From positions 12,573,136 to 12,637,135 of the forward strand of contig CAJINV010000001.1 of the NCBI GenBank assembly GCA_905178155.1: a stretch of 64,000 nucleotides of DNA. The letters run 5' to 3'. Below are positions 11,158-20,968 of the stretch, in pieces. The notes beneath the pieces were generated by a model. It was given only the letters and a program-made list of their open reading frames with translations. It did no database searches and was not told the origin of the DNA. Position numbers and translations under genes: made by a program. Source of the DNA: Amoebophrya sp. A120. Lineage: Eukaryota > Protista > Dinoflagellata. The stretch's first letter is position 1. Every line of letters starts with the position of its first letter.

Positions 11158-13008
11158 ATGTCGCAGACGGTGCGTGTGAGCGACACGCAGTTGGTGCGGA
11201 AAAAGGAAGCAAACGCGACGAGAATAGTGGAGTCCATCGAGCGGGATGAGGCAAAGATCGAGGAAAGGATGCGGGGCGCCAATCCCGACCTGGAGCAGCT
11301 GGGGCGCGACGTGGAAAGCATGGGAGCCGTGTTCGAAGAGGCGAATAAAGCCAGGTTTATTGGTTTTTTGCTTGTTTCAATGCGCATAATAAATAGTACT
11401 AGAGCACGTAGTACATCACTCTCATCAGCATCAGCAGCTTCTACTGGACACGCGCAAGTACTGCTTCTCCCCGTAGTACCATGACAAAAAGTAGTTTTAC
11501 GAGAAACTACGAAAAAATTTTACCCTTTTTTCAGGGAGGAGCAGCGACGCGTTATGGATGAATTGCACCAGGATCTCCTCGTCAGAATACAAAACGTCCG
11601 AGATTACATGGCACAGGTAAAAAAATGAACGTATTTTTTCCACCAAGCGGTGTATGATCGCTAGCTTGACGCATGCACAATGCAATCAAATGCAGAAACA
11701 AAAAAGCACAACGCAAAGTGCCATTTATTTTGTTGAAATAGACGACCGCGTTGGTATAAAAAAACGTAACAACAAACAGGAAGTTGCGCGGCTCGAGGCC
11801 ACGCTTGCGAGTTTCCAGAGTAAATTCGAACACGAGCTCCGCACGATGCGAGAGGAGCTCATGACGAAGCTCAATACCAAGATAACGGCGGTCCGGGCAC
11901 AGATCGCGAAGCTGAACCAAAGAATAGACGAAATCAACTCGAAGCTCATGCAGGAGATCGAGGACAGAAAAGCGCACGTGCAAGAGGTATAATGAATGAC
12001 ATACCACAGCAGGAGGTTTTTTTTTGTCTGTACAACAGCCTACTAGTAAGTTGGTTGGGTTTCGGTAGTTCGTATGAGAAGTAGATCAACACTGCATCTG
12101 CATGCCAATCGTTCGAAACCATGTGGTCTTCTTTATCATATACAAATCCTAGGTGCTGGTTCCGATTCAAAAAGACGTCGCGCAGCTGGTCGTGCAACTA
12201 GACGAAGAGGTGAAGGCAAGACATACGAAGGAGGCGGAGACGAGGAAAAACCTGCAGGATGCAGTGGACCTTTTGGAAAAGAACTTGGACACAGAAAAGT
12301 TCAATCGGGAGCAACAGTACTGTCATATTGCACGTTATACTTGGCATGAAGAAAAATCTTCTCGTTTCATGATGGGTAGCTGCAGTTAGTTTCAACAGTA
12401 GCTCTTGCGTCGGTATTCTATTGATTCTGGCAAAAAAAACCCACACTTCTCTTATCAAGGTATATGGACTTCAAAGTGCTGACCGAGTACGAGCGCGAGC
12501 GCATCCTGAAGCGGCAGTATGTGATCGAGTACCAGATATTACAATGAAAAATGCCCCCTCCCCATATCAAAACGGAAATCTGTGATGCAGATTTGTGGTC
12601 ACAAATCAGCTTTGTGATGCTAGAAGGCAAAAGATGCGGACTGTAGTGCTTTCTAGCGTGGGAAAGCCTTGCAGCTCCAAGATGACAGGAGGCAACTGGA
12701 AGTGGGAAACAGCATGACAGATTACCTGCAATTTAGGCCGCAGCTTCGTCGCTTGGCCTTCTAGCAATACAAGTTGATTTGTGTACTCAAATACAGCATC
12801 ACAAATTCGCGCATCTTCCGTTTCCGATATGGGGTGGGGGGATTTTTCATTTTGATACCAGATGAAAAAGGCGCTCGACGTGTTGGATATCAAGATCCAG
12901 GAGGAGACGTCGGACCGCCTGGACAAGCAGGACGGCGTGGTGAACACAATGACCCGGTTTGTGCGCAGCTTTCAGGAAAACATCCGCGAGGAGGCGCGGA
13001 TGGGATAA
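11158..13008 (+). CDS. SF-assemblin / beta-giardin family striated-fibre protein; multi-exon
   Basis: Coiled-coil exons joined by GT-AG introns plus one introner; C-terminus IQEETSDRLDKQDGVVNTMTRFVRSFQENIREE resembles the SF-assemblin end. Confidence 0.75.
12537..12857. mobile_element. Introner/MITE family D, 321 bp
   Basis: TIRs TATTACAATGAAAAATGCCCCCTCCCCATATC / GATATGGGGTGGGGGGATTTTTCATTTTGATA; direct repeat CCAGA at 12532-12536 and 12858-12862; join IEYQ|MKKALD. Confidence 0.92.
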
Positions 13009-13783
13009 GTGCGGAGGGGAAAAATGGGCGGTGTGGAGGTCTCCTACTCGCAGGATTCGATTGCTTCATTGGACGAGGACACTTTGTCGCAGCACCATTT
13101 TTCCGTGAGTTATTCTGGTTTTGGTGTAGCGTGAGTTGTGCTTGATCTTCCCACTGTCGTGACGTCGTTCTCCACTGAGCTGCACAGCAAGCCTGTAGTG
13201 CCGTCCGCGCTGCAAGTTTTGCTGTTTTGACCTGTTGCAGACCGAGATAGTTGTTGAAAGCGAAACTTTCGACTCTTCTCGGCGAACTGCATGCTGCTGG
13301 AAATGACTCCTCGCAAAGGAATTCGACAAAGGAAGGCGTCGATATACACTTATAGGTTTGGGATGCCGGTGTGCTGGGGAACTTGCTTTGAGTCTGTTCC
13401 ATGGAAAGAGCGAGAGAGTTTTTTGCGGCGCTTGTTCATACAGCCCGCTAGCGAGGCTGCATCCAAGGCTAAGTGCGTTTTTTTTTTTAATTCCTCGGCT
13501 CTGTCTTCTTGAGCGTTTTTTTGCAGCAAGTGATATCAATGGCTTCGATCGCTACCCATTTCTGGAAATTGTCACCGAGATTTGTTGCATCTGTAATATC
13601 CGCAGGTCTGAAAAAAAGAAAACCAACTACTACCAAAAGATGGGTCGACGTGGCGAGCATCTAATTCTGACCTGCAGAGCGTCTCCTCGTGTTTGGGATT
13701 ATTTTCAATTTTCACTATCCTAATAAATTGAAAAAAAAATCGTACTCAATTTCTATTTTCAATACTCACCAGAATATACTAAT

Positions 13784-16469
13784 ATGGTGGACGACATTTG
13801 GGTCGTCGGGGATGCGTTTGTTGATGTCCAGGCGTTTGGGGTTGAGCGTCTCCCCTACAGATGGGATGTCGACGTGGAGTGTTCGTCAACCGCTTTGCTT
13901 CCCGGGGGTTCCGCCGGAAACACAGCACGGCAGTTGCACTGCCTCTTTTTGCCGGATGACAAGAAGACATCAAAAAACAGCAAGACTAAAAGTGCACCTC
14001 CAATCCTGGCACCAATCGCCGAAGATTCAAAAGACGATGCAGCTCCCGATGCAGCAGCTCCCGTGTCGCCTTCCCCGTCCAGCGGCTCGGAGTCTCCAGC
14101 GTCGGCGGGGTCCTCGGGTAAGCCGAAGCCGAATGCGGTGTTCGGGAGCGTGCGTTTTTTATCGGCCGTGGGCGACGACACCCTCGGACGGTGGTATCGG
14201 GACCAGCTCGCGAAGGAAGGCCTCGACGTCTCGGGCTTGGTTCTCTTGCCGGCCGTGACAACTTCCACCTGCATCATCCTCTCCGGAAACCGAGATCGCT
14301 CCATGGTGAGCTGTTACTCGAGCACGGATTTCGAGTGGAAATCGTCCTCGTTGTACAAAAAGATGCGCTTCTGGCTGGAGGGAGGTATGCAAATCTTTCT
14401 GCAATATTACACGATGGCGTAGATTTATTGTTCTTCAGGATATTCAGTAGAAGTATACCCTTTTCATCATCATCATCATCATCATTGAGCTGTGCTTCTT
14501 CGTTTTGCTGAAGCACGTTTTTTTGTAGAAGAAAATCTCGGCGTCGTGTACTACTGCGCACCGCGCAACAAGTGCGACAAAACATTCGAACAGTCCCCGA
14601 CTCGCCGAAGCAGTCGGTGTCGTTAGAAGGCTCCTGCACTGCCGCGCGATACGTACCAAAACACGTGCACATCGGGGGATTCTTCAATCTGCGCGGACTG
14701 CAGATTTCCGAGGATTTTTTGAAGGCCTTGGCGTCCCTGGGGAAGAGAACCACCATCTCAGTCGCTCCGCAATACGACTCCAGTGGGAAGTGGACGGGAT
14801 TGAACGAGGCCATGATCAAGCTTTTGTGCTTCAGTAGCGGTGAAAAAATCTTGTTCAGTTACCTATCGTGCGTGCAAAGAAAGATGCGTGCGTCCAAGGC
14901 GATGATTTAATTGCAGAAAAAGGGATTGTTCTTGGAAGTTAGTTTTGAATTGACTTCTGCCACTTTGTTATTAATTTCCCTCTTTGTGGTTCAGTTTCTG
15001 AGTCTTGTTGTCATGCTGTTGTACCTAGGCTGTGCACAAGGTAGAGCGAATCAAGATTTTGTTTGGATCTGGGTCGACATACTTTTCGTGAACCAGAACG
15101 AGTACAACGAATTTGCCAAGAAGGGCTTCTTCAAGAGCAGTTTTTGTCGCCACGGCATGCTCATCGTTTTACCATATCGTAAAATCATGTAGTTCTACGT
15201 AAACCTCGCTGAAGATGATAACGCTGGGATGCATTCGAGCCATGTCCTGGTTGCAGTAACACTGGTGCATGATTCTCTCAAGAAAAGCAAAGCCAGCATG
15301 TTATTGGTGGGGTTCGTACAACAAAACTTCCTCCCCTCGTGATACCCGAAGACGCGGGGGGCGATGGGCTGCGAGATCGCGGTGATAAATCGTGAACCCG
15401 GATACGAGGTGGAGGTGCAGACGCTGGTATCGGTGCCGGTGCTACCTCCGGTCCAAGGAGACGATATGCATTGCAAATATGTCTGGGTCTGGAAGGATGC
15501 AACTCGTGATGCTGGATTTGGATTCTACAACAAATCTGTATTGCATGAACAGCAAGAGAGGTCCAGTTTTTGCCATGGCGAGAAGGCATTTCTCATGCGG
15601 TATAGCCATCAGGAAGCCCTGATACAATTTGTGATGCTAGGGCATGCATCACAGACATCAGGAGTCATGCAGGGGGGGGGCGCGCGGACCTCGCTTGCCA
15701 TCTCGTTTGGTCTCGCGAAAGTTCCAGTCCCGCACATCCGAGATCGGGGGGGTAGGAGGGGGTCTTCAAGCTAGAAAAAAAATCCCCCAACTTACAGCTA
15801 CCGCTTCGCTTTGCAAACACCGCAATCGAGGTAGTGCTGACCTGTTTTGTACCGTAATACGCAAATGTCTGACAATTCAAAAAAAACAAAACTATTTCAT
15901 CTTCTTGTCGCCATCATAAGTGCCTTGAGGTGCCGCACACCTCTATCTCTAGTTTCTTGTTGATTACTTCTCGCTCGTTCGGTCGCGCATGTGCGGTGCA
16001 GCTCGCTCAGAGTTTTTTGTTTTTCATGCGACTCTGCAGCCCTCACGCATAAATGTTTGCATGTTTCAAGTCCTTGGACTTTCTTGGGCTCACGCACATC
16101 CGAGATCGGGGGGGGTGGGAGGGGGTCCTCAAGCCAGAAAAAAAACCCCCCGAGTGGGAATTGGGAATTTCAAGGTGCAAAATGTGCATGACAAACCTGG
16201 CATCCGTTCAGACCCAGACATTTTTGCATCTGATACACGAGAAAAAAACCCTGGTCAAAGTGGTTGACACAACGGGTGCGGGCGACGCATTCGCGGCGGG
16301 ATTTCTGTACTACTGGTTGCGCAACCGCAGCGGCTTCGACGACTTCCTCCACTTCTTGGAGCTTTGTGCCAAAAGCGGAAATGAAGTAGCACTCAAGTCC
16401 GTCCAAAAACGCGGCGCATGCGAGCACCCGGTGGCTAAAACGGAGTTGCCGGAATGGATCTTCTACTAG
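13784..16469 (+). CDS. PfkB/ribokinase-family carbohydrate kinase; multi-exon
   Basis: VVGDAFVD, GGSAGNTA, SAVGDDTLG, DILFVNQNE, TRGAMG and VDTTGAGDAFAAG (PfkB signature). Confidence 0.9.
15465..16235. mobile_element. Introner family A with ~500-bp nested insertion
   Basis: Family A TIRs; direct repeat GACGA / CACGA; join PVQGD|EKKTLVKVVDTTGAGD is in frame. Confidence 0.88.
15672..16175. mobile_element. Nested element with ~58-bp internal direct repeats (15731-15788, 16093-16151)
   Basis: TGCA duplicated at 15668-15671 and 16176-16179; absent from the sister copy 50985-51246. Confidence 0.7.
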
Positions 16470-17369
16470 ATTTCTCTTCAAGCAGGGAGGAACAAAAAAA
16501 GAAGGTAAGTACGTGTACTAGAAACCACTCCATACATCTGAAAGGAGTGATGGAGGGGATCGAGGCGGTTACAGTCGGGTCTCTTCCGGTGCGGCTTTAT
16601 GTACGACAGCATTTCATAGCTGACGAAACAAATTATATAGAGCCCAAAGATCATTTTCTTTTTCATTACACCAGCGGTCGGATTAATTGTGCTCAGAAGC
16701 ATTCTTCTTTTAAGAGTTTTCAGTGTGTAGATTCATCCTCGGAACTTGTTTGTCACAAGGGTACCTAGAAGAGCGTTGTGGCCTACCGTGACCGGGACGC
16801 CAAAAAAAAAACGAAGTTCATTTTCAACTCGTACCTTACTATCATGTACTTCGTGCTGCATCATCAAACTGGTCACCTCTTCTGTCTCATTCGTGTTCGG
16901 GTTCCACGGCGCCGCGCCGGCGCTCATTGTAATCGCAGTGGTTCCTCCGGAATTTGTCATGCTAGTTGCACTAGCAGTGCCCATCTGTTGCTGCATGAGC
17001 CACATGTTCATGGCGTTCTGGATGTTCACGCTCATCGCACTCTGCATGGTCGTACCATTCATCGTCATCGACGTCGCCCCGTCGTAGGAACTTCTCATGG
17101 GCATTTGCATAGAGCCAGGCTGTGTAGTCACCCCAGAAGTTCCGCGCACTTTCATCTGCTGCATGTGCTGCACGCACGCCATCTGCATTGCGTTCGAAAA
17201 CTGCATGGGAGTGTTACCCTTTTGGTTTTGCTGCCCGACGGAGTTGTTACCTGAAGTGGCCGCATGGCTCATCAACCAGTCCATGAACCAGCGAGGGTCA
17301 GTCGTGCTTCCTTGTTGCTGCAGCTGTATCGTTGCGGCCTACCGTGACCAGGACGCCAAAAAAAAAACG

Positions 17370-17870
17370 GAGAGGCCGACGATCAAATCGTCCCGAGATC
17401 GCGATCTCGAGCCGATTTGGTCGGCCGCGGTTGGATGGGTTGGAGAGGCCGATGACCAAATCGTCCCGAGATTGATCGCGATCTCGAGCCGATTTGGTCG
17501 GCCGCGGGTGGACGGGTTGCTTGGAGAGGCCGATGACCAAATCGCCCCGAGATCGCGATCGCGAGCCGATTTGGTCGGCCGCGGGCGGACGGGTTGGAGA
17601 GGCCGATCACCAAATCGTCCCGAGATCGCGGTCTCGAGCCGATTTGGTTTTTTTCTGGGACGGCGCTGAAAAAACCGTCCCGGGCCAGGGCGGTTTTTTC
17701 TGGGACGGAGGCTGCTGACCAAATCGGCTCGAGATCGCAGTCTCGAGCCGATTTGGTCGGCCGCGGGTGGAGGGGTTGGGGAGGCCGACGCCTGACCAAA
17801 TCGGCTCGAGACCGCGATCTTGAACCGATTGGGTCAGGTTGAGCATCGCGGTCTCGAGCCGATTTGGTCC
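17370..17870. repeat. Array of ~70-80 bp palindromic units (GACCAAATCG...GAGATCGCGATCTC...CGATTTGGTC)
   Basis: About 6 units; perfect 18-bp arms at 17717-17758. Confidence 0.85.
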
Positions 17871-18618
17871 CCCTCTGGTGAGGCTGCCGAGGCGACCAAG
17901 GCTGTGGCGAAGCCGGCGCCTAAAGTGAAGGCCCCGCCGGTGGTAGGGCAGGCCGGAGATGAGGAAGAGACTTGCGCGGCACTGTTAGCTGCAGAAGAAG
18001 ATGACGCGACCCCGTTGCGGAAAGGGCCCCCGCCTTTGAAGAAACGGAAAGCGGTCGAGGTGTTAAGTGATAGCGATGTTGAGGCGTATGGCATCGGCCG
18101 CTCTGAATTGCTCGGGCATGCCCGCGGGCCGTCTCCTCTAGATTCCCTTGCCTCGGTGGATGTCCCCGCGGACAGTCAAAAAAAAAAAGCCCTAGAAGCC
18201 CCTTGCCTCGGTGGTGTCCCCTCGCCTCGGTGGAGGGTGCCAATCGGTGTGCGCGAGCCATGCCTTGCCATGGACCGCGAAATGTTTCGCGGAGCGGTCC
18301 ACTTCGTGACACCCGAACGCCATCGATTTCCGCGAGTAGCCGTCGGCCGCGAACCTCAGCACTAACGTTTCGGCCCCCGAAAGTTGGAACGCCTCTGCCA
18401 ACGCTTCCGGGGCGGCGATGGTGGCAAAATCGGAGAGCAGGTCTCTCGTGATCGACGGCGCCCCTTCCTCCAGCTTCTCGTATTTGTAGTAGCTATCCAC
18501 ATCTCTGTGATCCGCCATAGTTGCAGGGGCGAAGGATGTGGCCGCGATTTGCTTGGCGCGCGGCGATCTTCCCCGCACTTCTAGGGGGCTCGCTCCGTCC
18601 TCGATATCTCGCGCTTGG

Positions 18619-18737
18619 CACGGTCGCCACCGGATGCTTCTGGCAGTGGGGCCGCCGCACGGTCGCCACCGGATGCTTCTGGCAGTGGGGCCGCCGCACG
18701 GTCGCCACCGGATGCTTCTGGCAGTGGGGCCGCCGCG
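18619..18737. repeat. 39-bp tandem repeat x3
   Basis: CACGGTCGCCACCGGATGCTTCTGGCAGTGGGGCCGCCG repeated three times. Confidence 0.9.
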
Positions 18738-19322
18738 CTCCTTTGGGTTGCGGCCCTGTGCCGCCGCCATGCTCCTTGGATGCGTCGCGCGGCGAAGTCC
18801 GTCAGGTCGAAGCTGGAAATTTCCCCCAGGGACTCGTGGAACACACCCTGGGCTTCCATTAGCGACGCCAGCAACGACGTCAGCGACGGCGTGCTGACGT
18901 CACTGAAATCGCCACCCGTGAACGCCAGAATGGAGCGGTAAGCGTTCCGCAGTGCGCTCGCCAGAATGCGCCCACCAGCGGACGGCGGTGACGCCGGTGA
19001 AGCATCGTCCGACGACGACATCAAAAGCGGATCATTTTTGAAACTACACTTGTCGTATCAGCTGTACTGCCTTTTCTAGTGGACACCGCGACGCAATTGA
19101 AAGGGACGACGCCTGGCGCCATACATCTCGCTCGCTTCAGACTGCGGAATACGCCCTCAGACTTTCTCGCGCTCCCTACCGTCATCACTCTGTTCTGTTA
19201 TCAATCAATCTGAAGAATAATTATCAATACTCTGCTCACTCCCGGCCCAACATTCAAAAAAACGCGCTCAAGCACTAGAACAGGCCGCGTTGCGTTTTTG
19301 ATCACAAAGGCGCCCCGTGTGT

Positions 19323-19428
19323 GATTTCTGCACTCGAATCGCGATAAGAGGAGGCCGGCTTTGTCCTTTTTTGGCCTTCGAAATTGCCCCGATCGGCTTC
19401 CTCTTATCGCGATTTGAGTGCAGAAATC
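19323..19428. repeat. 35-bp inverted repeat, 36-nt loop
   Basis: Arms 19323-19357 and 19394-19428 with 2 mismatches. Confidence 0.9.
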
Positions 19429-20968
19429 CCCACACAAGACGCGCCCGCGTCGCTTGTGGACTGCAGAAGGCAACAATCTTCTTCAACAATGACGTCAGCG
19501 CAATCTTCTTCACGATAAAAACAACTATTTCTTCACAATTCGAGCGCATCCATTTGGTGCGTGTATTTCTTCACACTTTCTACACATAGCTTTCTACAAA
19601 TAGCATTTTTCACAAATAGACCTCGTGCCGTTTTTCGCGAATAGACCTCGTTCTTCTGCGTCGATTCTTCTGCGTCTGCGCTTCCGACCTCAAGGCTCTC
19701 CGTTCCCGCCCTCCAGGCATTCGGTTGCGCATTCCCACTGACTGTGTAAGCGAAGTTCCACGTGCGTGTGCGGTTCCCGCTTTGCCAGCGAAGGCCCACG
19801 CTGAGACCTGTTCGTTCGCGCCGCGACTTCGAAACCTGGGCGGGGGTTGGTGTGGATGAATACAATAAACGCTCTGACCTAGCCCCGAAATTTCACAAAT
19901 GCCGTCTAATCCCACAACGCAGAAAGTTCAGAACTCAGGTATCTACGTGCAAAAAATAAACGACCTTCTCTGTTTCCGGCGGAGGAACATGTGCTCGACG
20001 CCTTTCACGTTCGTCAGCGCTGTGTCGCGTAGATGCCATGGCCTTTCCCTCGGATGTGCTCGAGCGCCTCGCCCCGTCATCAAGTGCGCGGCTTGTCGGA
20101 CCGTGTCGACTATCAGAACCCGAAAAAGCGGCTTTGTTTGCCGCTTCATGTCTTCTTGTTATAGTAGGGGTCGTTTGGGCTCAAGAAGAGCGTTGTGGCC
20201 TACCGTGACCAGGACGCCAAAAAAAAAACGGGCCCTGTCATCATGATTTTTAATACTGGAGATATAATCTTTGACAACCGTCAAGGACAACGAACCGTAT
20301 ATCTTTGACCACCGTAAAGGTAAAAATCGTATTCGTGAAAGTCAACTTGGTCTTCTAAGCAATAGCTCCAGATTTCAGAGTGAGTAAAAAGTGAACATGA
20401 AAGAAGTGGCGTCTATTGGTACGCGACGGCACTGCATATGAAATTACCTCAAGAGGGTCGGTCTCGGTGATCTTACTTGTTGAAAGAGTCTATCTTCCGA
20501 CTGTGTCCTTTTATTCGCCTTTTGCATTCCAGATGTTAAAAAACCTGGGCATTTTAGAAGAATCATCTGCAATGCGAGAGATTTTTGAGACTCACGCTCA
20601 AAGAGATTGAGAGCATGTATTTCGAGTTTGCAACGACAGAGGACGAGCGAGGTAGGACCGTGTCACATGAAACGTGCTCAGTAGGCGCATACGAGGCAGA
20701 GCGACACACAAAAACAAGTCGAACCTCACTATGATCGCAGGAACCATGACTCAAAAAGCGCACCCTCGTATTGTAATTGTAGTAATTTTTAGCGAGCGAT
20801 ACTAAGTCGAGCCAAAAAATTTTTGCGGTTCAAGACTGAGTGAGTACTACTTTCTACGGTGTCAAGTCTCATCAATATTCTTGCAGCCGACAGTGTAGTG
20901 TAATAGTTTCAGTAGGAGGAGACTTTCATTATCTTTATCCGGCTACCGGTACCGGTTTTCTCGACAAG

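Larger units (their letters stand above)
16767..20230. mobile_element. Composite repeat island bounded by ~47-bp direct repeats (third copy at 17330-17369)
   Basis: AGAAGAGCGTTGTGGCCTACCGTGACC(A/G)GGACGCC-A10-CG at 16767-16813 and 20184-20230; interior is GC-rich repeats and fragmentary ORFs. Confidence 0.55.

Noticed and set aside
19268-20149. Minus-strand ORF fragments as a transposase or reverse transcriptase
   Set aside because: No catalytic motif recognised; fragments are short and frame-broken.
20170-20185. TTTGGGCTCAAG resembling the 3' end of the dinoflagellate spliced leader
   Set aside because: Only ~11 nt with an indel, and the CCGTAGCCA part is missing.
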